DNA of 62,458 nt, from positions 1 through 62,458 of the forward strand of contig JARQWU010000031.1 in the NCBI GenBank assembly GCA_040182905.1. The letters are read 5' to 3'. The stretch is from Barthelona sp. PAP020 (taxonomy: Eukaryota). The notes beneath the pieces were generated by a model that was not told the DNA's origin, did no database searches, and was given only the letters and a program-made list of their open reading frames with translations. Shown here one piece after another: positions 49,652 through 59,818 of the stretch (its first letter is position 1; every line of letters starts with the position of its first letter). The position numbers and the translations under genes are program-made.

Positions 49652-49709
49652 GTGAAGTTCACTGGTCAATGGCAACAAATGAATGAAAAAATAAAATTTA
49701 TTTTTCTTC

Positions 49710-51215
49710 ATGGAATGGTCCATTGAAACGTTAAAGAACGAGAACAAGGCGCTACGAGGTGAAGTTACAAAGCTAAAAATCAAAATTGCGTCCATTATCG
49801 ATCGAGTAATTGGCTTGAACAAAAATGCCAAAATTACGCCGCCGCTGATCCTTCCAATGGATATCTACGATGATGCAGATTCGGAAGTACGGCCAGTAAA
49901 CATCCCACCAATGGTTCAACTTGATGAACGTGAACGTGAGTTTCGACAACAGCAAGCCATTTACGAAACGCAACTGCGCAGTCTTTCCAGTGAAAATGAT
50001 CATCTGCGGTACGAGCTTGGAAGGATTCGTGACCAGTTTCAGGAGCAATCGTTAAGCTCCAGCATCCCAACCGGTCCTATTGTTGACCACGATGTGGATG
50101 CGCTAAAATTTGAAATTGAGGGTCTGAAATGCACCAACCAAGAGCTTGTCTTGCAGCTAAAGACCAGGACAGAGGCACAAAACCCTCGTGAAGCCGATCT
50201 GATCGAGCAAATTTGCGCCCTTTCGAAACAAAACACCGAGCTTGAGGTGGCGAAACAGGAGCTTGTTCACCAAAATGAAAAACTGAGAGCCAACATTCAG
50301 TCGATTCAGGAGATGTCCGACGCCCAATCAGATGTTGTTGGAGAGATCAAGGGCGATGTGGAGGCAGAAGTAGTTCCCGCGAAACTTGTACAAGTGAATG
50401 CAGATGAACCGTCAGACAAAGGGCATTTTGAAGATGTGTGTGAAAGAATTGCTGAAAAGGTAAAGGTGCACATTGGACTCAACACCGTTTTAGAGACAAA
50501 GGAAACGGCTGTTCAGACGGATGATACGATTCAATGGTTTGATGAGGCAATGAAACTGCTCGACGAGAATAAGGAGCTTCAGAACATTATTGATGAAATC
50601 ACAAACGAAAAAAATAGAATCGAGAATGAAATGAAAGACACAGAAAAGGATCTTCAGAGCACAATTACACAACTAAGTGACGGAAATAAGAAAATTCAGG
50701 AAGAAATGACTGATTTACAGAAAAAGCTTAAAGAAGCGGATGAGCGGATAAGCGAAATACCTCAGTTGAATGAAACGATCGTTGGTCTTCGGGATCAAGC
50801 CGCTGAGAATGAAAAGCTCAAGCTCCAAGTTTTTGCATTGACAGCATCGCTTGAATCCGTGAAAAAACATGATACAAACAGTCGCTTTATGCGAATGGCA
50901 AAGATTATCGCCCATGAAATCACAAGAGAATCAGTGCCATCCGTGAACATCCATCAATTTGAGGAGCAAAAAGTCATTATTGAGGCACTTCGTCAGAAAA
51001 ACGAAGCTCTTGATCTTCATTTTATCTCCCTTTCACAAGAAAAAAGCATCCTGGAAAGAAAATACGCAGAACTCATGGATGAATCACGTCGTACCGAACT
51101 CAGGCTCTCCGCATTATCAAGTGAACTACAAAACACCCAACAGCGTCTCGTCGAAGCACTCAAGATCCTTGAAAAACAGTCTTTTTACCCAACAAATATC
51201 ATCCATCGAAAATGA
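49710..51215 (+). CDS. Hypothetical long coiled-coil protein
   Basis: 501-aa E/Q/K/L-rich ORF with heptad character, divergent from tectonic. Confidence 0.8.
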   Translation: MEWSIETLKNENKALRGEVTKLKIKIASIIDRVIGLNKNAKITPPLILPMDIYDDADSEVRPVNIPPMVQLDEREREFRQQQAIYETQLRSLSSENDHLRYELGRIRDQFQEQSLSSSIPTGPIVDHDVDALKFEIEGLKCTNQELVLQLKTRTEAQNPREADLIEQICALSKQNTELEVAKQELVHQNEKLRANIQSIQEMSDAQSDVVGEIKGDVEAEVVPAKLVQVNADEPSDKGHFEDVCERIAEKVKVHIGLNTVLETKETAVQTDDTIQWFDEAMKLLDENKELQNIIDEITNEKNRIENEMKDTEKDLQSTITQLSDGNKKIQEEMTDLQKKLKEADERISEIPQLNETIVGLRDQAAENEKLKLQVFALTASLESVKKHDTNSRFMRMAKIIAHEITRESVPSVNIHQFEEQKVIIEALRQKNEALDLHFISLSQEKSILERKYAELMDESRRTELRLSALSSELQNTQQRLVEALKILEKQSFYPTNIIHRK

Positions 51216-51546
51216 AACAGCCTTTTAGTCTTTTGTATAAATGTATCAATAGTTTCTTTCTTCCAAATATTGCCTTTCGTCGAAATGATGAGCCAAAAGA
51301 AAAGAACTTTTGAAACGATTCATCAATTATAAGGGAACTGAAATATGAAAGAAATCTTTTATTTAAATGATTTAAAGAAATATTTTGTCAAAGGAAGGAA
51401 CTGCTATCATTTTCAAATGAAATAAAAAAAGAAGAACTTTATAAATATTATGTGTGAAAGAATAGATGTTTGTTGCCTGTTGACTAACTGCAATTCTCAT
51501 TCGAATAATTTAAACTAACTCAATAAACTAATAAAGGTCTCACCCA

Positions 51547-52608
51547 TTACCTCAATAAAGCTTCAAAAATATCGTCAACATTGTTCTTCTTTGAATCATT
51601 TGTTTCAATATCTTTGTCACTTTCTTCTTCTCCCAATAAATCTGATAACAATCGAGTTCTTTCAACAACGAAAGAATTTTTATTTTCTTTTAGTACTATT
51701 TCAGAATAATGAAAATCTTCAGGCAAAACACTGACCAATTTTTCCAAAACTTCTTCAATTGCATCCCTATATAATTGAATTTTTTGTTTCCAAAATTTGT
51801 GTGATTTGCACATACAACTCATATTTAAACTATAATCATAATCACTAAGTCTATTTCTATACATTTGCAAGGCTCGATTAGCATTTCTGATTTCCATTTT
51901 TATTAATGGTTCATAAGAAGGTCCTTTATTCGTAAATTTTGCTAATAATTCATTTAATCTGTTTGACATCTCATTATTTAAGATTAAGTTATCATTAAAT
52001 ACAGTAATTTTACTGGAATCCAATGAAAACAGTTGAAAAACACGATTTATTTGAAAAAGAATTTCATCAAATATATATGTTGACTCCAATTCCATTATTA
52101 TTTTCGATTTTCCCAAACTGGTTGGTAAATTTGCTTCATCATTTTTGGGAATTGAACATTTAAACCTTTTTTTCAAAAAATAAAGGGAATTTGTTAAAAT
52201 TGCTCTATATGATGTGAATATACTCTTGTATTTCACAATATTTTTTAAAAAGATATCCAAACAAATGTTATTGTATCGTAAATTCTTGCCTATTATTATT
52301 ATTTTGTCAAATACATACCTACGTACATAATCAAAACGATATATTAAATTATCAACTAAATTTAATAAACGAATTAACAATATTTCATTGTTTGAATCAG
52401 AATTCAAAGGAGAAATATGAAATTTATCAATTACTTCTTTCATAAATATTTCTCTTGATTCATCACTCTTGAAAAATAACAATAATTTCGCAAAATAAGG
52501 ATTTTCAGTCCTTTCATCCTCAAAGTTTAAGAAACGAGTCAAAGTGGACTTGATGTATGTGGGATTATATGCTATTCCTTCATCATCCGTGGATTCATCG
52601 TCATCCAT
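51547..52608 (-). CDS. Hypothetical helical protein, weak UVSSA/VHS-like N-terminus
   Basis: 353-aa ORF; the family assignment is only a weak resemblance. Confidence 0.65.
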   Translation of the reverse strand: MDDDESTDDEGIAYNPTYIKSTLTRFLNFEDERTENPYFAKLLLFFKSDESREIFMKEVIDKFHISPLNSDSNNEILLIRLLNLVDNLIYRFDYVRRYVFDKIIIIGKNLRYNNICLDIFLKNIVKYKSIFTSYRAILTNSLYFLKKRFKCSIPKNDEANLPTSLGKSKIIMELESTYIFDEILFQINRVFQLFSLDSSKITVFNDNLILNNEMSNRLNELLAKFTNKGPSYEPLIKMEIRNANRALQMYRNRLSDYDYSLNMSCMCKSHKFWKQKIQLYRDAIEEVLEKLVSVLPEDFHYSEIVLKENKNSFVVERTRLLSDLLGEEESDKDIETNDSKKNNVDDIFEALLR

Positions 52609-52657
52609 AATACATTAATAAGAAAAATAAAATAAAAATAAACGGTTTTTATACATA

Positions 52658-53380
52658 TTATACACGGTATTTTTTAACATCTTCAGGATTCATATGTAAA
52701 TACATTTTGTATTGCTTATAAATGATTACATCTAAAAGCATTATTCCCCATGAACCCAAAAGCCATGGAATTTGTCCATACACATAGCTTTTAGTCATAG
52801 TATGGAACATCAAACTGAGACCATATGTAAAATTCCCAAAAATTGCTAAAATGAACATTTTCAATTCAAGGCCCTCCACCGATTTCTTTTTGAAATTTTT
52901 TCCGATTTGAGAGAATCTTGAACATGCATACATGACTGAAGATCCATATCCAAATAATATTCCAAAAAATTCTCTATGCTCCCCAATATATGTCGAGATT
53001 AGTGCATAAAGTGATAAAAAAAAGGTAACTACAGAAAAATTGTTAATAGGTTCATATTCTTCCACAGATTTTTGGTTTTTGTACATTTTAAAAAATATGT
53101 ACTGAAAATTTAAAATAAAATCCAGAACCAACCAATATATCACGGTAATAAATTGTGTCAAAATGCCTCCTTTTAAAAGAAGCCCACATAATGAGAATGT
53201 ATCAGCAATGGTCCAAAAAAGTAAAAAGAACGGTGACAAACCATCAGTAGATTTGTTTTTAAAATTTAAAGATATTTGGGGAAGTTGAACAAATAACCAA
53301 ATGCCAGTTGAAATAAATCCAAATATTACTCCCAAGTCATTAATAGAAAAATCTTTAAGTATTAAATTTAAAAAAAACAT
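52658..53380 (-). CDS. PQ-loop lysosomal/vacuolar amino-acid transporter (PQLC2/Ypq-like)
   Basis: QLPQISLNFKNKSTDGLS..FLLFW and SRFSQIGKNFKKKSVEGL..GNFTYGLS, PWLLGS. Confidence 0.9.
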   Translation of the reverse strand: MFFLNLILKDFSINDLGVIFGFISTGIWLFVQLPQISLNFKNKSTDGLSPFFLLFWTIADTFSLCGLLLKGGILTQFITVIYWLVLDFILNFQYIFFKMYKNQKSVEEYEPINNFSVVTFFLSLYALISTYIGEHREFFGILFGYGSSVMYACSRFSQIGKNFKKKSVEGLELKMFILAIFGNFTYGLSLMFHTMTKSYVYGQIPWLLGSWGIMLLDVIIYKQYKMYLHMNPEDVKKYRV

Positions 53381-53675
53381 CACTTTTGTTCAATCACATT
53401 CTGTAATCATTTTGAAATTATTAAGAATCGAGAATGTTGTAGACTTCAAATAATTTTGAACATTATTTTATTGAAAAATAGACACAATGAAAATTAGTTT
53501 TACCAATACGATTTGAATAAAGAGAAAACACTTCCAAAAAAAAAATTTTTTTTTTCAAAGGCTTAAATGTATGGAAATATTTACCAAAAAAAAAAAAAAG
53601 AAATGGTATAGTGCTAAATGAAAAAAAATAATTCAAAGTTCTTTCACATAATTTTTTTTTGATTTATCTGTTTCA

Positions 53676-56600
53676 ATGAAAGATCGCCTGAATGGGTTTG
53701 ATTTGGCATTAATTGTCAATGAGTTGCGAGCTAAATTAACATCCGCCAGATTTATGAATTTTCATGAAATTGACCGGAAAACGTTCACAATTAGTTTGAG
53801 TTTAAATGAAATAAAGTATAAAATCAACATAAAATTTGGGCAAGGGTTGTGGATAACTGAATTTGAAAGAAAAGTAAAACCTTTTCCTTCCTCTGTGGCT
53901 CAACAGATTCGAAAGTATTTAACAAATCACCGAATTGTTAATATATATCAAAGCGGATTTGATCGAACTGTTATTTTTACTTTTTCAGTTGCAAATGAAA
54001 CTCATTATTTAATTATTGAATTGTATGGAAGTGGCAATATTGTTTTAACGGACACAAGTGGTAAAGTCATATCAGCATTCAGACATCATAAGAACAGTGA
54101 ATCTCCTCTGGTTCTTGGTGAAGCTTATCCAAGTGAATTATTTCAGAAAATGGAGGATTTAAAAGGTGATGAATTTTTAACAAAATTGAAAAATAATATT
54201 GTTAATGTTGTGCAGCAAAAGAGGAAAAAAAAAAGAAGAAAAGGAATCTGTCAAGGTAGTATTTTAGAATTGTTGTGTGACAGTTTTCCTTTTCCACCTG
54301 AAACTTTTGAGCATTCGTTGGCAGAAGTTGGTGTGGCTGTAGATGCAACAAATTTGGATGAATTGCTGACTGATGATTTCAGCAATCAGATTTGTTGTCA
54401 AATGAATCAGTTGTTAAATTTGTCATCCAATGATCTTATACCGGCGTTGGAGGGGTTTATTATTGTTAAAGATATACCTTTGGATGAGTTTTCTGTTGAA
54501 GATCATGAATTAAATGGACAAATTGTCAAGGGATTGCAATCAAAACAAATTAAATCGATTGTAGATTTATTGAGAGAATGTCCAATAATTGATGCTGGTA
54601 AAATCCTTCTTCAGAAGCATTACAAATGCTTAGAAAGTGAAGAAAATTTCATAATACTTTTCCCTTCCTTAAATGAAGTTGCAGATGTTCTATTTAGTTT
54701 GGCTGATGAATTAAAAGAAAAGGATAAACTAAAAGCTAGAGTTGAGGCTCTAATGAAAAAACCTTTGGAAACAAAAGAAAATTTAAAAAGAATTGAAAAT
54801 GAAATGTTACAAATTATTGATAAATTTATCGTGGAAGGAAAAATTTGTGTTGATTATGATATTGTTATTGACTATATTTTGAATATGGCCAAAACTCTCA
54901 AATCGAAAAGTCTGAATCCAGATGTTATTCGATCAGTTATTCAAGATGCTCATTCAGCTGCTGAAGTTTACAATCCTTTGGATTCTATTGTTGATCTTTT
55001 AGTGGTAGATTTTGATTTGAACACTTCTAATCCTTTTTTAGAATTAATTTTGCCTTTACCTTTTGATCGTCTGCCAAAGAATTATGAACCAAACGAAATA
55101 TTCAATGCAAATGTTCCTGATGAATTAGGTTTTGTGGGAAGATGGTGTCGTGGAGAATTTGATACAGATTATCTTGTTAACATCAAAATTCCTTTAGAAA
55201 TAGCAAATTCCAAAATATATGCTTCCAATTTATTTGATGAAGCAAAAAAAATGGAAGCTAAACTTGATAAAGCCAAATTAGCTCATGAAAAACATATTAA
55301 ACATCAAGAGCAGCAAGTATTACAAGCTATTGATTCCATTGATCCAAGATTAAATGTTGAAAGAAATCGTAAGGTGTTTTGGTTTGAAAAGTTTAGGTGG
55401 TTTATTGCCTCAACAGGACATTTGGTTGTTGCAGGACGCGAATTACATCAGAATGAATTGTTGGTTTCCAAATATCTTGATGATGACGATACTTTTCTTC
55501 ATACTTCAGCTGCAGGTTCCCCTGCAACCATTATCAAGCCTGGTAGAAATCCAATTGATTCCAACACATTAGTTGAAGCTGCATCTTTTTGTTTATCTTT
55601 ATCGAGAGCTTGGAAGAATAATGTTGTTGATGATGTTTATTGGGTTTATGGCAAGCAAGTTTCTAAATCAGCTCCAAATGGTCAATATTTAGCTCGTGGT
55701 TCTTTTATGATATATGGTAAGCGTAATTTTGTTCGTGGTGCCAGTTTAAACATGGGTTTAACCTTTCTGTTTATGCTGGATGATTTATCAGTAATTCGTA
55801 AAATTTCAGATTCCAAAACTAAAGCTGAAACTGAAAGAGAAGTTAATAAGGAAAACGTTGATGTTTGGGAGATGTTGGATGATGTAACAACAATAGTTAC
55901 AAGTGAAAAAAATAAAAGTGAAAATATTCATTTTGTCACACCTGAAGGAGATCATCTTTTAACTCAATTCCAATTGGAGAGAATGGAAAGAGAAGCCAAA
56001 GCAAGAAAAGCTATTGAAGAATCAGATAATATCTCAACTGTTTCATCCACCTCTCATATTTCTAATGATGATTTGTTGTCTCAAATTTCTTGCGCTGATA
56101 ATCCTGATATTAATGAAGTTATTGAACAAAAGAACACAAGGCATAAAAAGAAAAGGGTTCGTGATAGGAAAAATATTCGACGTTATGCCGAACAAGATGA
56201 AGAAGATCGTATTTTAATGGAAAGTTTGCTGCATGAAAAACAAACTCGTGAAAAGGAGATGGTTGAAGAAGATATCTCTAATGAAGATTTACCTTTCCTG
56301 CAAACAGTGCATGTGTGTTTCAATTGTGGTATGTCAGGCCATATTGCAAGTGAATGTAAACAACCCAAATTTTCTGCAAGTGATAGAAAGAAGTTCTTAA
56401 GAGAAGAAGAAAAATTGTTTGCAGAAAATATGCTCAATGATGCTAGTATTCTTCCATCTATCAGTGGAATAACATCTGAGGATATTTCTTATCTTGACAC
56501 TTTAACAGATTCACCAACAAATGAAGACACAATCATTGCTGGGTTACTCATGCTTGCTCCATATGATACAATTCGAAAAAATCGATTTAAAGTCAGACTT

Positions 56601-56822
56601 ACACCTGGAAAAATGAAACAAAGTGAAGTTATTGGGGAAATTCAACAAGTGTTTAAAAAAAGTGAAAACGCTGATGATTCATTTGTTGCATTATTAAAAT
56701 CATTGAAGCAAACTGATTGGAATAATGCTATGATAGCTGGTTGTAAGTTGCATCAACAAAATAAGAATAAAAACAAAGGAAAAACTTGGGGAAAAAAAAA
56801 AAATAAACAAAAAAAAAAATAA
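53676..56822 (+). CDS. NEMF: Ribosome quality-control subunit NEMF/Rqc2 with CCHC zinc knuckle
   Basis: MKDRLNGFDL, GFDR, IELYGSGNIVLTD, WFEKFRWF, QVSKSAPNGQYL..GSFMIYGKRNF, CFNCGMSGHIASEC. Confidence 0.95.
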   Translation: MKDRLNGFDLALIVNELRAKLTSARFMNFHEIDRKTFTISLSLNEIKYKINIKFGQGLWITEFERKVKPFPSSVAQQIRKYLTNHRIVNIYQSGFDRTVIFTFSVANETHYLIIELYGSGNIVLTDTSGKVISAFRHHKNSESPLVLGEAYPSELFQKMEDLKGDEFLTKLKNNIVNVVQQKRKKKRRKGICQGSILELLCDSFPFPPETFEHSLAEVGVAVDATNLDELLTDDFSNQICCQMNQLLNLSSNDLIPALEGFIIVKDIPLDEFSVEDHELNGQIVKGLQSKQIKSIVDLLRECPIIDAGKILLQKHYKCLESEENFIILFPSLNEVADVLFSLADELKEKDKLKARVEALMKKPLETKENLKRIENEMLQIIDKFIVEGKICVDYDIVIDYILNMAKTLKSKSLNPDVIRSVIQDAHSAAEVYNPLDSIVDLLVVDFDLNTSNPFLELILPLPFDRLPKNYEPNEIFNANVPDELGFVGRWCRGEFDTDYLVNIKIPLEIANSKIYASNLFDEAKKMEAKLDKAKLAHEKHIKHQEQQVLQAIDSIDPRLNVERNRKVFWFEKFRWFIASTGHLVVAGRELHQNELLVSKYLDDDDTFLHTSAAGSPATIIKPGRNPIDSNTLVEAASFCLSLSRAWKNNVVDDVYWVYGKQVSKSAPNGQYLARGSFMIYGKRNFVRGASLNMGLTFLFMLDDLSVIRKISDSKTKAETEREVNKENVDVWEMLDDVTTIVTSEKNKSENIHFVTPEGDHLLTQFQLERMEREAKARKAIEESDNISTVSSTSHISNDDLLSQISCADNPDINEVIEQKNTRHKKKRVRDRKNIRRYAEQDEEDRILMESLLHEKQTREKEMVEEDISNEDLPFLQTVHVCFNCGMSGHIASECKQPKFSASDRKKFLREEEKLFAENMLNDASILPSISGITSEDISYLDTLTDSPTNEDTIIAGLLMLAPYDTIRKNRFKVRLTPGKMKQSEVIGEIQQVFKKSENADDSFVALLKSLKQTDWNNAMIAGCKLHQQNKNKNKGKTWGKKKNKQKKK

Positions 56823-57300
56823 ATAGTTTGAATGAATCTTCACACTATTTTTAAAATTCATCTTCGGTTAAAAAGTTTGTTGATTTCTTTTGATTTTTTA
56901 ATTTTTTGAAATTCATGTGAAAAATGGTAAATTGATTGTTGATTGAACGATTTTGTTCTTCTAAATCCTTGAATAAAATGAGAGAAAACAAGAACTTCAA
57001 ATGACCCACCAAAACTTTGGCAAAGAGTTTTTCTGTTTGGTTTCTTTTATTTTTTTTGTTCTTGATCCAGGAATGATTATTTACAATATCTCCATTCACA
57101 ATTTATTTTTGAAGCAAGGATTTTATTTTTGTTTTTCCACATTTTTTTTTTTGAATAAAAGCGTTTTATTGGTATTTTTTATTTTGAGTTTTTGAAACAA
57201 GCTGTTTCATGGTTGTTTTACCAAGTTACAAAATCAAAAACACTTAAAATTTGTCTTCTTTTGGAAACTCATAATCGAATTAAGAAAAGCTGAATGCAAT

Positions 57301-58764
57301 TTATTTTGTCCGTTTCTTTTTTCGTTTGTTGTGCTTGGTTTTATCTTCGGTGTGTTCTTTGTGTTTTTTCTTCAATTTTTTGTGTGTGGATGATGATTGG
57401 AAGTCTCTTTGTTCTGAATCGTCAATTTGATCCAAAGCATTGATTCCTTGAAGAGAATTTACATTTGATGCACCTGAAGATGTTGATACTGGCATCATTT
57501 GAGCCAACATTTCTTGTTTTAACCTTTTGAGTAAATCTTCCTTTTCCTTTGATATGGAATGCTTAACTTCTTCTTCAATTTCATCAACTTCTTGAACTGT
57601 TTCGACATGTTGGAGATTAATTTTTCTTTGATGCAAACGCTCACTGAGAGACTGGAAGTTGTTGAGCTTTGGCTGTATTTGGAGTTCTTCATCCAACTCA
57701 AAAACTTCATTTTTTTCAGCAGTTTCCTGATCATCAGTGTCTTCATTATCACTATCTTCATTGTCACTCTCCTCCTCATTACTTTCCTCCTCTTCAAAAG
57801 TGTGGATCTTTATTTGAGATTTTGCCAATCCATATTTATTTTCAGGTACTTTGTTGTTTGTAGAGATGTCAGGTGCAGTTTGTTGATCATTCATTTCATC
57901 ATCTTCGTCTAAATCGTAATTTGAAAAGAAGGTATCAATATTCTGCTTTTTTTCATTATCTGAGCTGGGAATTTCAGGTTCTGTGATAGATTCAACTACT
58001 TTGTGTTCATGAGGCTCCTCTTGAATATTAACACACAGTTTTTCAGTTGAAAATTGCTCAATTTCAGGAATTGTGGAAGTAGAAACTTTAACAACAGGAC
58101 CAAACTCTTGTTTCTCCATAATATCACCCAATTTTGACTCACACTGAAGTAAAGACGTTTGGAGAAAATCGTGTAGTTTTCGAACTTCATTCTCTCGTTT
58201 GTGGTAATATAATTTGAGAATAAACAGGTATAAACCTTCAATATTATCTTTTGGATAACTAAAATACTGAAACGATGTTGCTTGATCATGATTTGGAGTT
58301 ACCAAAAATATATTATTATGTGTCTTAAAATGCGTTAAAAATTCCTCGAAATGACTCAAACTTCCATCAATACTACTGTTTAATAAATATATAAAACCAT
58401 CACATTGTTTGTATATGTCAATATTTTTTGCATCATTCGGTATCATCATTCTATTGTTGTTGTTTGGTTTTATCAAAGATTCATCTACGATATCCATACA
58501 TCCAATTGATAAATTCAGGTTGGTAAACACATCAACAACATCAACATTGTGCATTTCAATACTTTTGGTTGGTTCATATTTTGGATCAATGTCTTTTTTC
58601 CTGAGTCGTCGGATCAAATTAGTTTTTCCAACCCCTCTGACTCCATAAATACCAATGGTCAAATTTGTCTTTGGAACTTCATCTTTCGCATTTATTTGTC
58701 GAAAATGAGGGGACTTCTCGACAGTTGGAACACTGTCACCGGTTAAAAAATCAAAAAAACCCAT
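57301..58764 (-). CDS. RABL6: Rab-like GTPase, RABL6/RBEL1-like
   Basis: GVRGVGKT P-loop, YEPT, DIVD and DAKNIDIYKQCDG, plus acidic middle and Lys-rich tail as in RABL6. Confidence 0.7.
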   Translation of the reverse strand: MGFFDFLTGDSVPTVEKSPHFRQINAKDEVPKTNLTIGIYGVRGVGKTNLIRRLRKKDIDPKYEPTKSIEMHNVDVVDVFTNLNLSIGCMDIVDESLIKPNNNNRMMIPNDAKNIDIYKQCDGFIYLLNSSIDGSLSHFEEFLTHFKTHNNIFLVTPNHDQATSFQYFSYPKDNIEGLYLFILKLYYHKRENEVRKLHDFLQTSLLQCESKLGDIMEKQEFGPVVKVSTSTIPEIEQFSTEKLCVNIQEEPHEHKVVESITEPEIPSSDNEKKQNIDTFFSNYDLDEDDEMNDQQTAPDISTNNKVPENKYGLAKSQIKIHTFEEEESNEEESDNEDSDNEDTDDQETAEKNEVFELDEELQIQPKLNNFQSLSERLHQRKINLQHVETVQEVDEIEEEVKHSISKEKEDLLKRLKQEMLAQMMPVSTSSGASNVNSLQGINALDQIDDSEQRDFQSSSTHKKLKKKHKEHTEDKTKHNKRKKKRTK

Positions 58765-58851
58765 AAAAATAACAAATAGGAAAAAAAATCACCAAATCAA
58801 AAAATTTATAAAATTCCTTCAATAATGAATGACTAAAAACTAAAAAAAAAA

Positions 58852-59818
58852 TTACAAAGCTTGCATACTCTTGATGTGTCTCTCTCTGATAGCTCTTTTG
58901 GCCATTGAACGGGAAGAAAGAATAGGTTCTCCACGTTTTGTGGGAATAACAGAGAATTGTCCCCTGACAGAATCCAAAATTAAGCTGAAACTGGGTTGAT
59001 CCTCAGGAAGAATATCTGTGAAGGCAACACAGGTGACATTCTTCTGTCTGACCATCTCACCAAGAACGGACTTTGATTTAACAATGGCATAAGGCACACC
59101 ACATTTGTTGCACAAAACAGGAAGATAAAGAACCAACTACAAAGTTAGTATGAAAAATATATGGGCAAGTGGAATAAAAAAAATAAACCTTCCACCCCTG
59201 AATCAGCGATTCATAAAAGTCATCAACGTGTCAACACCAGGACTGTATTACAACTCTGGCTCACCGTCTCAATACCCAAAGGATAAGTATAAAATCAGTG
59301 TAAAATAACATATCGTATGACTAAAAGGTTAAAAAAAGAAAATTGAAGAGAAAAAATCACAAAATACATACTTCTAAAGGGGAAACATCACGAGCAATCA
59401 GAACTAGTTTGGCCTTCTTCTGCTCAATAGCTTTTGTCACTTGATTCATACCGAACTCCAAACAGGGTTTTCTTTCAGCGTTGACATCTTTGTTGGATTC
59501 AGCCATTTGACGAATTCTTTCCTTCTTCTCTTGATGAGACTCAGGACGATAATTCTTCATAGCCATTCCATAAAGCTTGCCCATCAAGTTCTTGTTCAAA
59601 ACATTGTTGAATTGATCAATTTGGGCAGGACGAACAAAACGCTGTTTTAAAACCTTACGCATTCTTTGAACACGAACATAGCGAGGGAAACGAACAAAGT
59701 GAGTTAAATCACGCTTCTTCGCAACACCATATCCAATACCGCGTTCAGGCTTATGAACGGTGTAACGGAAGTCTTTGGCGATTTTGGGTTTGGTAGAGGT
59801 AACAGTGGGACGGGCCAT
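58852..59818 (-). CDS. RPL7A: 60S ribosomal protein L7a (eL8); 2 exons (59818-59372, 59136-58852)
   Basis: KRDLTHFVRFPRYVRVQR, KAKLVLIARDVSPLE|LVLYLPVLCNKCGVPYAIVKSK. Confidence 0.96.
59137..59371 (-). other. Spliceosomal intron, 235 nt, with structured internal segment
   Basis: GTATGT...ACTAACTTTGTAG; phase 0; restores the eL8 frame. Confidence 0.92.
59189..59320 (-). ncRNA. Candidate structured intronic RNA or poison cassette exon in RPL7A
   Basis: GC-richer than the flanks, several hairpins, TGATGA and CTGA boxes; family not recognised. Confidence 0.45.

Noticed and set aside
49652..49831. Apparent coding overlaps of divergent genes (also 2566-2580 and 5428-5511)
   Set aside because: Artefacts of longest-ORF starts; downstream ATGs fit the protein families and remove the overlaps.
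56315..56360. CCHC zinc knuckle as a retroelement Gag remnant
   Set aside because: It is in frame within NEMF, and plant NEMF homologs also carry a knuckle.
56851..57195. Two short ORFs between NEMF and the RABL6-like gene
   Set aside because: Low-complexity, A/T-tract driven, mutually overlapping and without motifs; not supportable without expression data.
59189..59290. U1 snRNA (ATACTTA..) or SAM-I riboswitch (CTTATC..GATGA) in the RPL7A intron
   Set aside because: Lacks ACTTACCTG, the U1-70K and U1A loops, and the SAM-I GCAACC core.
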